Source: Actinomycetota bacterium (lineage in GTDB: Bacteria; Actinomycetota; Actinomycetes; Actinomycetales; Microbacteriaceae). From it: a DNA stretch of 64,000 nt. The stretch is taken from NCBI GenBank assembly GCA_039804765.1, contig JBDLVL010000002.1, forward strand, positions 24,739-88,738, given 5' to 3'. Under the pieces are notes generated by a model, which was not told where the DNA came from, made no database searches, and was given only the letters and a program-made list of their open reading frames with translations. A program made the translations under genes and the position numbers. The number at the start of each line of letters is the position of its first letter. The stretch's first letter is position 1. Positions 9,573 through 18,356 of this stretch are shown here, in pieces.

Positions 9573-11505
9573 CATGGTCGGCAGGCTTATCGGTGAGCGC
9601 TACCGTATCGAGCAGGTAGTTGCTAGAGGTGGCATGGCTACCGTTTACTTGGCGATGGACATCCGTTTAGAACGCAAAGTTGCGCTCAAGATAATTCACC
9701 CACACCTGGCCAGTGACAATTCGTTCCGCGAGAAATTTATTCGCGAGGCCAGAATTGCGGCAAAACTTTCACACCCAAACTTGGTTAATGTTTTTGATCA
9801 GGGTGAAGATGGTGACCTTGCCTTCATGGCAATGGAATATGTTTCCGGAATCACACTCCGCGACGCGCTAAAGGATTTTGGTGCGCTTGATGCAAAACGT
9901 GCGCTTGATCTTTTTGAGCCAATGCTTAGCGGCCTAGCCGCGGCACACCGTGCCGGAATTTTGCACCGCGACCTAAAGCCAGAGAACGTTTTACTTGCCA
10001 ACGACGGTCGTATCAAGCTTGGCGACTTTGGGCTGGCTCGCGACATAGATAACAACACGTCAACCGGGTCACTGGTTGGCACAGTTGCATATCTTTCACC
10101 GGAACTTGTGATGCGCGGAACCGCCGACGCTAGAAGTGACGTGTATGCCGCAGGAATAATGCTGTTCGAGATGCTGGCCGGCCGCCAACCATTCGAGGGC
10201 GAACAAGCCGTTCAAATTGCCTACCAACATGCCAATGACAACGTGCCTGCTCCGTCAAAGTTCAATCCGCAGGTTCCTCCCCTACTTGATGAACTTGTGC
10301 TGTGGGCCACAGCTCGTGATGCAGCCCACCGACCAAACGATGCAGTGGAACTATTGGCCGTGGTGCAACGCGCCAAGGCGGAATTAAAGGCTGGTCGCGG
10401 TGATACCGCAATTGGGATTCCTAACTTGCCTAAAGAAAACCTAAACGCAACCACTGTTATGCCAACGGCAAGCGATGAGACCCAAGTCTTAAGTCCAGCC
10501 GCGGTGAGTCAACTAGATTCAAATAGCACGCAGGTGCTCAGCGGACTTGGTGGCGCAAACGAAACCGCTGTCTTCGAAAACTTTGACTTCGCCGATGATC
10601 AGATCTCACCCCTGGAACAATTGGGCAGAAAACGCCGCGGCCTGAAGCTCTTGGTTGCAACGCTGCTAGTTGTTTTACTTGGCGGTGGATCAGGTTGGTG
10701 GTTTAGCAGCGGGCCTGGTGGCTTAAATATCATTCCCAACCTAACCAGCCGAACAACCGACGAGGCTCAAATTACTTTGGCTAACCTAAAAGCCAGCATT
10801 GCCATCGCAGAGGAATCCTCACCAACGGTTGGCAAGGGCCTGGTCATTAGAACCGATCCCCCTGCCGGCTCATTTTTCTTTGGTGGCAAAGTAACTATTT
10901 TCGTTTCCTCTGGTCCAAGTCTGGTTTCGGCTCCAAACCTAATAGGCATGAACCTTGCCGAGGCGACTGCCGAAATCATTAAGACTGGCTTCACGCTTGG
11001 CGAAGTTAAATCGGTGTTCAACGAAGCGCCGCTTGGCGACGTGTTTGATTACCTTGGCGCTGACGGAACCAAGATTCCTGAAACCAGCCGAATTGATCTT
11101 TACGTTTCACTTGGTGCAATTCCGATGGTCACGGGGCTTGATCAAGAAGCGGCGGTAAAGGCAATCGAAACCGTGGGCCTAAAGATCAATGAAATCAATG
11201 AGGACTACAGCGACACCGTGCCGGCCGGTCAAGTGATCAGCTTGGTTCCGCAAACGCAACCTTTGGGCAAAGACGGAACTGTAAACCTAATTGTTTCTAA
11301 GGGCCCAAACATCGTTACGATGCCCAACATGATTGGACAGACGGTGCTTGCCGGTAAGTCTGCACTCGAAGCTCTTGGCCTAAAAGTTATTGTGAACACC
11401 GATCAACTAACCACCAAGTGGGGCGTAGTTGCAATCAAGCGTCAAAGCTCGGCAGCCGGAACTCAGGTGCGAGTGGGCGATTCGATCACCATCTCGACCA
11501 AATAA
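9565..11505 (+). CDS. pknL: PASTA-domain Ser/Thr protein kinase (PknL-like)
   Basis: GGMATVY, VALK, HRDLKPEN, DFGLAR, YLSPE, SDVY; TM helix; about four PASTA repeats. Synteny with the Rv2175c-like gene and class II DAHP synthase. Confidence 0.88.
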   Translation: MPSMVGRLIGERYRIEQVVARGGMATVYLAMDIRLERKVALKIIHPHLASDNSFREKFIREARIAAKLSHPNLVNVFDQGEDGDLAFMAMEYVSGITLRDALKDFGALDAKRALDLFEPMLSGLAAAHRAGILHRDLKPENVLLANDGRIKLGDFGLARDIDNNTSTGSLVGTVAYLSPELVMRGTADARSDVYAAGIMLFEMLAGRQPFEGEQAVQIAYQHANDNVPAPSKFNPQVPPLLDELVLWATARDAAHRPNDAVELLAVVQRAKAELKAGRGDTAIGIPNLPKENLNATTVMPTASDETQVLSPAAVSQLDSNSTQVLSGLGGANETAVFENFDFADDQISPLEQLGRKRRGLKLLVATLLVVLLGGGSGWWFSSGPGGLNIIPNLTSRTTDEAQITLANLKASIAIAEESSPTVGKGLVIRTDPPAGSFFFGGKVTIFVSSGPSLVSAPNLIGMNLAEATAEIIKTGFTLGEVKSVFNEAPLGDVFDYLGADGTKIPETSRIDLYVSLGAIPMVTGLDQEAAVKAIETVGLKINEINEDYSDTVPAGQVISLVPQTQPLGKDGTVNLIVSKGPNIVTMPNMIGQTVLAGKSALEALGLKVIVNTDQLTTKWGVVAIKRQSSAAGTQVRVGDSITISTK

Positions 11506-11538
11506 AAAATCCCCAGGCAAGCTGCCCGGGGATTTTTT
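11504..11538. terminator. Bidirectional intrinsic terminator between the convergent pknL and DAHP synthase genes
   Basis: AAAAAATCCCC-AGGCA-AGC-TGCCC-GGGGATTTTTT. Confidence 0.85.
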
Positions 11539-11546
11539 AAGCTGAT

Positions 11547-12908
11547 TTAGCGCTTGGCTAGTTGCTCGGCAACTAGGAATGCAAGCTCAAGTGATTGCAT
11601 GTGGTTTAGTCGAGGATCACAGAGTGATTCGTAACGTTCTTCAAGACTTGCTTCGTCAATCTGCTCAGATCCACCAAGGCACTCGGCAACATCGTCTCCG
11701 GTTAGTTCAACGTGAACTCCACCTGGGAATGTTCCAGCCGCCTTGTGTACTTCAAAGAAGCCACGCACTTCGTCCATTACGTCATCGAAACGACGTGACT
11801 TGTAACCGTTTTTGGTGGTGATGCCGTTACCGTGCATTGGGTCTGTGATCCAAAGTGGGTTGGCGTCTGAATCGCGAACAGCCTCAACCAACTTAGGCAG
11901 CTCTTCACGAATCTTGCCCGCACCCATGCGAGTGATAAAAGTCAGGCGACCTGGCTCGCGGTTAGGGTCAAGGCGTTCAATAAGTTCAACCACATCTTCG
12001 ACCTGAGTGGTTGGGCCAAGCTTCACACCAATTGGGTTGCGAACGCGCGACAGGTAATCAACGTGTGCGTGATCCATTTGACGGGTGCGCTCACCAATCC
12101 AGATGAAGTGACCTGAGGTGATGTAAGGGTTGCCGGTGCGTGAATCAATTCTGGTTAGTGGACGCTCGTAGTCCATCAACAAACCCTCGTGGCTGGTGTA
12201 GAACTCGGTGGTGCGAAGTTCGTTGAAGTCAGCACCGCAGGCAGCCATGAACTTAATCGCGCGATCGATTTCTTGAGCCAACGATAGGTAGCGCTCGTTG
12301 GCAGGGTTGTTGGCAAAGCCGCGGTTCCATTCGTGCACAGAACGCAAGTCGGCAAAACCACCTTGGGTGAACGCGCGAATCAAGTTCAACGTAGAAGCTG
12401 AGGTGTGGTACGCCTTCAACATGCGCTGCGGATCTGGAATGCGTGATTCGGCAGTGAAGTCGTATCCGTTGACGATGTCGCCTCGGAAAGCAGGCAGAGT
12501 TACGTCGCCACGAGTCTCGCTATCGCTTGAACGTGGCTTAGCAAACTGGCCGGCCATGCGGCCCATCTTGATAACCGGCATCGATGCACCGTAAGTAAGC
12601 ACTACGGCCATCTGTAGCAAAGTCTTTACGCGGTTGCGAATACGGTCGGCAGTTGCATCGGCAAAAGTCTCGGCGCAATCTCCACCCTGCAACAAGAATG
12701 CCTTACCTGAGGCGGCCGCTGCTAGGCGGTCGCGCAAGATGTCTACCTCACCGGCAAACACAAGCGGAGGCATCTTCGCTAGCTCGGCACGCACATCGGC
12801 TACCGCAGTGGAATCTGGCCAAGTTGGCTGCTGTGCGGCTGGGAGCTTCAGATAGTTGTCTAGCCCAGCAAGGACTGCCGGATCAGCTGCAACTATTGGA
12901 TCATTCAT
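11547..12908 (-). CDS. aroG: Class II 3-deoxy-7-phosphoheptulonate (DAHP) synthase
   Basis: AAQQPTW, LLQGGDCAE, GRMAGQFAKPRS, WIGERTR, DPMHGN, CDPRLN. Confidence 0.95.
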   Translation of the reverse strand: MNDPIVAADPAVLAGLDNYLKLPAAQQPTWPDSTAVADVRAELAKMPPLVFAGEVDILRDRLAAAASGKAFLLQGGDCAETFADATADRIRNRVKTLLQMAVVLTYGASMPVIKMGRMAGQFAKPRSSDSETRGDVTLPAFRGDIVNGYDFTAESRIPDPQRMLKAYHTSASTLNLIRAFTQGGFADLRSVHEWNRGFANNPANERYLSLAQEIDRAIKFMAACGADFNELRTTEFYTSHEGLLMDYERPLTRIDSRTGNPYITSGHFIWIGERTRQMDHAHVDYLSRVRNPIGVKLGPTTQVEDVVELIERLDPNREPGRLTFITRMGAGKIREELPKLVEAVRDSDANPLWITDPMHGNGITTKNGYKSRRFDDVMDEVRGFFEVHKAAGTFPGGVHVELTGDDVAECLGGSEQIDEASLEERYESLCDPRLNHMQSLELAFLVAEQLAKR

Positions 12909-12920
12909 TCTGTTACTTCC

Positions 12921-13610
12921 CTATCTAGCGAGACGAGCTCGTTTTTCTTTTACCGACGATGCGTAGGCATCGACATATTCTTGACCGCTGAGCAATCGGA
13001 GCTCATACATGATTTCGTCGGTCACCGCGCGAAGCACAATGCGGTCACCTTCCATGCCGTCAAATCTTGAAAAATCTAATGGTGTACCCACCACAATTCC
13101 AATCCGACGGATCCGTGGCAGACGCTTTCCGATTGGCTGAACTTTTTCTGTGTCAATCATTGCAACCGGAATCACCGGAACCTTTGATTCCAAAACCATT
13201 CGTGCTATTCCGGTACGACCACGGTACAAACGCCCATCAGGACTACGCGTGCCTTCCGGGTAAATACCAAGTACCTGCCCCTGAGACAAAACCTTCAAGC
13301 CGGTGTTAAGCGAAGCCTCAGATGCCTTGCCACCACTTCTATCGATAGGAAGCTGCCCAGTTGCTTTGAAGAACCATCGGGTTAATGCGCCTTTGATTCC
13401 CTTACCGGTGAAGTATTCGCTTTTCGCTAGAAAAACTACTGGTCGGCGTGACTGCAACGGCAAAAAAATTGAATCTGAAAACGATAGATGGTTGCTGGCC
13501 AAGATTACCGGGCCGGTTGCTGGAATGTTTTCCATGCCGCGAACCCAAGGGCGAAACAGCACGCGCAATAGTGGGCCAAGAATTAGGGACTTGAGAATGA
13601 AGTATGCCAC
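12921..13610 (-). CDS. plsC: 1-acyl-sn-glycerol-3-phosphate acyltransferase
   Basis: NHLSFSD (HxxxxD), FLAKSEYF, YPEGTRS. SD GGAGGGG before the GTG start. Confidence 0.9.
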   Translation of the reverse strand: MAYFILKSLILGPLLRVLFRPWVRGMENIPATGPVILASNHLSFSDSIFLPLQSRRPVVFLAKSEYFTGKGIKGALTRWFFKATGQLPIDRSGGKASEASLNTGLKVLSQGQVLGIYPEGTRSPDGRLYRGRTGIARMVLESKVPVIPVAMIDTEKVQPIGKRLPRIRRIGIVVGTPLDFSRFDGMEGDRIVLRAVTDEIMYELRLLSGQEYVDAYASSVKEKRARLAR

Positions 13611-13672
13611 TTGCGATTCCCCTCCCTAGGTGCCAATCTGCGGCGGCCGGCTGGCCAGCAGACTATAAAGGT

Positions 13673-14629
13673 TTAGTTTACCTTTGGGCCTAGCGATACG
13701 CGAGCGAGATCGGCTGCCCCAACCACGCCGGCATCGTTGACGAATTCGGCAGTGACGATGGCTAGTTCTGGTCTAAACCCGCCGGCTGGGGCGTACTTTC
13801 TGAAAGCCTCGCGAACCGGTTCAAGCAATAGCTCGCCGGCCTGGCTCACCCCACCACCGATAACCACGATCTCCGGGTCAAGAATCGCGCTTAGTGACGC
13901 GATTGCCTGGCCCAACCAGCTAGCCAGGTTGCGCAGCAACTGCACGGCACCCGGGTCACGTTCGACCAGCGCTTGGTAAACCTCTGCGCCGGTTAACTGC
14001 CCAGCCGCTGACTTCAATTCGCCAAGGCGGATTCCCGCGGGATCACCCGAATCAACTAACTCATTGGCCGTTCTAAGCAGGGCGGTACCCGATGCATAAG
14101 ACTCAATGCAGCCACGCTGGCCGCAACCGCAAGGGATTCCCTCCGGTACAACTCGCATGTGGCCAAGTTCGCCAGCAACACCAAAACCACCGCGCAACAT
14201 CTTGCCATCGACGATGATTGCACCGCCAACACCAGTTCCAAGGGTAAGCATGACCATGTGCTGGTGGCCCTGGCCAGCCCCAAATCGATACTCTGCCCAA
14301 CCGGCAGCATTTGCATCATTTTCAATGATTACTGGAATGTCTAGCTTGGCCTCAATCTCAGATTTGAGCGGAAAATTCTTCCAACCAAAATTGGTACCGT
14401 AAATCACATTTGCCTGCTGGTGATCAATGAAGCCAGCCATAGCCACGCCAACGCCAAGCACATCGTGCCCGGCACGCAAATCGGTTACCAGGCCAACCAC
14501 GGCAATAACCAGAGCGGCTGGGTCTGACACAGGTGTGGCGACACGTGCCTCGCGAATGATTGAACCTTTTTCATCAACCAAAGCGCCGGCAACCTTGGTG
14601 CCACCAATGTCGATGCCGATCGCGTACAT
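13673..14629 (-). CDS. glk: ROK-family glucokinase
   Basis: IGIDIGGTK, ENDANAA, GTGVGG, GELGH, CGCGQRGCIE zinc motif. ATG at 14629 with GAGG SD preferred over the ORF start at 14701. Confidence 0.88.
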   Translation of the reverse strand: MYAIGIDIGGTKVAGALVDEKGSIIREARVATPVSDPAALVIAVVGLVTDLRAGHDVLGVGVAMAGFIDHQQANVIYGTNFGWKNFPLKSEIEAKLDIPVIIENDANAAGWAEYRFGAGQGHQHMVMLTLGTGVGGAIIVDGKMLRGGFGVAGELGHMRVVPEGIPCGCGQRGCIESYASGTALLRTANELVDSGDPAGIRLGELKSAAGQLTGAEVYQALVERDPGAVQLLRNLASWLGQAIASLSAILDPEIVVIGGGVSQAGELLLEPVREAFRKYAPAGGFRPELAIVTAEFVNDAGVVGAADLARVSLGPKVN

Positions 14630-14743
14630 TTGACCTCTTTTTAGAAGAATATTCGGACACAAGATTCCCTCGTGCAGACCCCTAAAGTTTATCGGCACCA
14701 AAGTAGAGTTATCGCAAGAATGTTTCTAACAACAGGAGACGCT

Positions 14744-16567
14744 GTGCAGACTTACGACGTAGCCCCCATCGTAGTGAGCGACCCGTCCGAAAACATCACC
14801 GATCTGCTGGTCAATCGCGTGAAACTGACTCCAAACCACAACCTATTCTCAATCGAGACCAAGCCGGGCGTTTGGCAAGACCTAACCGCCAAGGAATTCG
14901 AAGACAAAGTAATTTCAGTTGCCAAAGGTTTGGTAGCGTCGGGAATTCAGCCGGGGCAAGCGGTAGGAATTATGAGCCGTACTCGCTTTGAGTGGGCTCT
15001 GGTTGACTTTGCGCTTTGGTACGCCGGTGCAGTGCCGGTACCAATTTACGAATCTTCTGCTCCTTCACAAATCGAATGGATTCTTTCCGATGCCGACTGT
15101 GTTGCGCTTTTTGTTGAGAACGACGAACACCAAAGCCGCTTCGAGGAAATAAAAAACTCGGCGCCGCTTTGTCGTCAGGTTTGGAACTTTGATTCCGGCG
15201 CTATTGAACAGTTGGAACGAAATGGTAAAGAAATTACCAACGAAACCATTGAGGCAAGACGCACGTCATCTGGTCTTTACGATTTGGCAACCATCATCTA
15301 CACATCAGGCACAACTGGACGACCAAAGGGCTGTGAACTTCTGCATCGTGGATTCGTTGAGCTAAGCAAGAATGCAACGATCGAAATCTCTGAAGTAGTA
15401 AACCCAAATCACAGCACACTTCTTTTCCTTCCACTGGCACACGTTTTCGCCAGGTTTATTTCAGTACTTTGCGTTCACGGCGGTGTAAAGGTTGGTCACC
15501 AGCCAGATACCAGCAACGTTGCACCCGCAATGCAAAGCTTTAAGCCGCAGTTCTTACTTGCAGTACCGCGTGTTTTTGAGAAGGTTTACAACTCTGCCGA
15601 ACAAAAGGCAGAAGCCGGCGGTAAGGGAAAGATTTTCCGCAAGGCTGCCTATACGGCAATCGCATATTCAAAGGCACTCGACACGGCCCAGGGTCCGTCG
15701 CTGGGATTGAAATTGCAGCACGCGATTTTTGACGTCTTGGTTTACAAGAAGCTGCGCGCAGCAATGGGTGGGCGTGTGAAATATGCAGTTTCCGGAGGCG
15801 GTCCGCTTGGAGCACGACTTGGTCACTTCTATCGCGCGATTGGCTTGACTGTGCTTGAAGGCTACGGTCTTACAGAAACCACTGCCCCGGTTTCAATTGG
15901 CCGACCAGACAACTTGCGAATTGGAAAAGTTGGCCTCATGTTGCCAGGCACTGGCATCAAAATCGCAGACGATGGCGAGATTCTGCTGCGAGGCAACAAC
16001 ATTCTTCGTGGCTACTGGAGAAACCCAGAGGCCACTGCCGCTGCTTTTGAAGGCGAGTGGTTCAAATCTGGCGACATTGGTGAGATTGACGATGAAGGTT
16101 TCATCAGCATCACCGGGCGAAAGAAGGAACTTATCGTTACTGCTGGTGGCAAGAACGTTGCTCCAGCAACCTTGGAAGACCCGCTTCGAGCAAACCCACT
16201 GGTTGGCCAGGCAGTTGTCATCGGAGATCAGCGCCCATTTATCTCGGCACTTATCTCACTTGACCCGGAGATGCTGCCTATCTGGCTAAGCAACAACGGG
16301 CTAGACAAAGACTTATCGCTGGCTCAGGCAGCCAAGGAACCAAAGGTTTTGGCCGAGATTCAAAGCGCTGTGGATAGGGTGAACAAAAACTTCTCTAGAG
16401 CTGAATCAATTCGAAAGTTCACGATTATTGGACAAGAGCTCTCTGAGCAATCTGGTCACCTGACTCCATCGCTGAAGATAAAGCGAGAAGCAGTGCTCAG
16501 GGATTTTGCGCCGGCAATCGAAGAGATTTACCAATCCGGACCCGCCACCGGCGAAATTATTTCATAA
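14744..16567 (+). CDS. fadD: Long-chain fatty acid--CoA ligase (AMP-dependent synthetase)
   Basis: YTSGTTGRPKG, LPLAHVF, EGYGLTE, SGDIG, TAGGKNVAP, LTPSLKIKR. GTG at 14744 follows AGGAG. Confidence 0.9.
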   Translation: MQTYDVAPIVVSDPSENITDLLVNRVKLTPNHNLFSIETKPGVWQDLTAKEFEDKVISVAKGLVASGIQPGQAVGIMSRTRFEWALVDFALWYAGAVPVPIYESSAPSQIEWILSDADCVALFVENDEHQSRFEEIKNSAPLCRQVWNFDSGAIEQLERNGKEITNETIEARRTSSGLYDLATIIYTSGTTGRPKGCELLHRGFVELSKNATIEISEVVNPNHSTLLFLPLAHVFARFISVLCVHGGVKVGHQPDTSNVAPAMQSFKPQFLLAVPRVFEKVYNSAEQKAEAGGKGKIFRKAAYTAIAYSKALDTAQGPSLGLKLQHAIFDVLVYKKLRAAMGGRVKYAVSGGGPLGARLGHFYRAIGLTVLEGYGLTETTAPVSIGRPDNLRIGKVGLMLPGTGIKIADDGEILLRGNNILRGYWRNPEATAAAFEGEWFKSGDIGEIDDEGFISITGRKKELIVTAGGKNVAPATLEDPLRANPLVGQAVVIGDQRPFISALISLDPEMLPIWLSNNGLDKDLSLAQAAKEPKVLAEIQSAVDRVNKNFSRAESIRKFTIIGQELSEQSGHLTPSLKIKREAVLRDFAPAIEEIYQSGPATGEIIS

Positions 16568-17054
16568 ACCAATCGGTAGTTCGCAAGTTCTTCATGGCCG
16601 ATTTGCGCTCTTCATCTTCTAATCGATCAAGATAGACAAGACCGTCAAGATGATCGCATTCGTGTTGCAACATTTGCGCCATGAGTCCGGTGCCTTCAAG
16701 TTCTAGCTGATTACCATCCAGGTCCACCCCAACGACCTTGGCAAATTCATATCGCGGTGTCTTGTGCCAAAGTTCGGGCACCGATAAACAACCCTCATCA
16801 ACTAAATTCTTGTCGCCGCTAACTTCAACCAGCACTGGGTTGATTATGTAACCCAGTTGCCCATTGACGTTGTAGCTGAATGCGCGAAGATTGACACCGA
16901 TCTGCGGTGCTGCAACCCCGGCGCGACCAGGAACCTTGGTGGTGTCAAGCAAGTCTTCGATTAGGGCTTTAGCCTTGTCGTCAAAATTAGTGATTTGATC
17001 TGAAACGGTTTTTAAAACCGGATCCCCGAATAGACGTATTTCGCGAACGGTCAT
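16557..17054 (-). CDS. def: Peptide deformylase
   Basis: GVAAPQIG, EGCLSVP, QHECDHLDG. Confidence 0.96.
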   Translation of the reverse strand: MTVREIRLFGDPVLKTVSDQITNFDDKAKALIEDLLDTTKVPGRAGVAAPQIGVNLRAFSYNVNGQLGYIINPVLVEVSGDKNLVDEGCLSVPELWHKTPRYEFAKVVGVDLDGNQLELEGTGLMAQMLQHECDHLDGLVYLDRLEDEERKSAMKNLRTTDWFMK

Positions 17055-17071
17055 GGTGCAGAGTTTTTTAT

Positions 17072-18271
17072 TTAAACTGGGTTGTTCAAGCCGTCAACAA
17101 CCAGTGCGGCAAGTTCGCGAGCAGCCTCGCGAGTGCCCTTCTTCAGGTCCTTGAACTTAATTACAGAACCAGCTGCAAGAGCAGGGTCATAAGGGATGCG
17201 AACCACGTGACGCACACGGGTCTTGAAGTGCTGCTCGATTTCATCAAGCTTCACAAGTTGGGTTGCCTGTGTTGCGGTGTTTAGTGCAACCACAGAGTTG
17301 CGAACCAAGTCACCGTACCCGTTTGCTTCCAACCAGGTCAATGTCTCAGAAGCCAAACGAGCCTCATCAACCGAACCACCAGAAACAATTACCAAGCCGG
17401 TTGCACGCTGCAGGGTTGGTCTCATGACCGAGTGAACGATACCGGTACCGCAGTCGGTAAGCACGATTGAGTAGTATCGGGCTGCCATGTCGGCAACCAC
17501 GTTGTAGTCACCTTCATCGAAGGCTTCAGAGAGCATTGGGTCTGAGTCTGAGGCAAGCACGTCAAGACGAGTAACGTCGCGCGAAACCATGGTTGAGAAA
17601 TCGGTGAAGCCGTCAATTGCCGCGGCGCGATTAACCACATCGCGAACCGTGAAACGAGTTGACTTGCTAACGCGCTCGGCAAGTGTGCCACGGTCAGGGT
17701 TTGCATCGATGGCAATCACGCGGTCTTCGCGAGACAGAGCTAGAGCCATACCAAGCAGGGTACTCACGGTGGTCTTACCCACGCCACCCTTACGAGTCAG
17801 TACCGGAACAAACTTTGCGCCACCCGTTAGCGCTGAACCGATGCGAGCATCAAGTGCCTTGCGCTCACGAACCTTTAGCGAGTCGCCAAGGTTAACGGTC
17901 TTCAAGGTTAAGAAGTAGATGAAACGGCGGAAACCAGATTCTGGCGCCGGACGGTTTCGAGCACTGACGTCAAGCAGGCGGTCTGCGGTAAGCATGGCCG
18001 CTGGCTCTGGCTGATCAAAGATTTCGCCACGAAGGCTGTCACGGCGTGAGTAGTTTGAACGGCGAAGTTCGGCAACCTCAGCATCTTGAGCCGGCACAAA
18101 GCGTGGCTCTTCGGTTACGACGTTAATCGACGCGGTGCTTGGAGTGACATCGATAGATCCTGCATCGACTGCTACCTCGGCTAGAGAGTGAGTCTTGGTC
18201 TCTTCGGCGGCCGGACGGGGTGCGAGAAAATCGCTGTTGCCTTCTTCAGGCTTTTTGCCCCAAATTGCCAC
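17072..18271 (-). CDS. MinD/ParA-like ATPase with an N-terminal low-complexity region
   Basis: Deviant Walker A RKGGVGKTT, IDANPDRGTL, TDCGTG, IPYDPAL. Confidence 0.85.
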   Translation of the reverse strand: MAIWGKKPEEGNSDFLAPRPAAEETKTHSLAEVAVDAGSIDVTPSTASINVVTEEPRFVPAQDAEVAELRRSNYSRRDSLRGEIFDQPEPAAMLTADRLLDVSARNRPAPESGFRRFIYFLTLKTVNLGDSLKVRERKALDARIGSALTGGAKFVPVLTRKGGVGKTTVSTLLGMALALSREDRVIAIDANPDRGTLAERVSKSTRFTVRDVVNRAAAIDGFTDFSTMVSRDVTRLDVLASDSDPMLSEAFDEGDYNVVADMAARYYSIVLTDCGTGIVHSVMRPTLQRATGLVIVSGGSVDEARLASETLTWLEANGYGDLVRNSVVALNTATQATQLVKLDEIEQHFKTRVRHVVRIPYDPALAAGSVIKFKDLKKGTREAARELAALVVDGLNNPV

Positions 18272-18356
18272 TGTTACTCCTAGGTTTTAGCCGCTACCAA
18301 AAGGTGCGCGCAAACGAACTTAGTCAGTTTACCGGCTCAAATCCGGCAAGCCGCTT

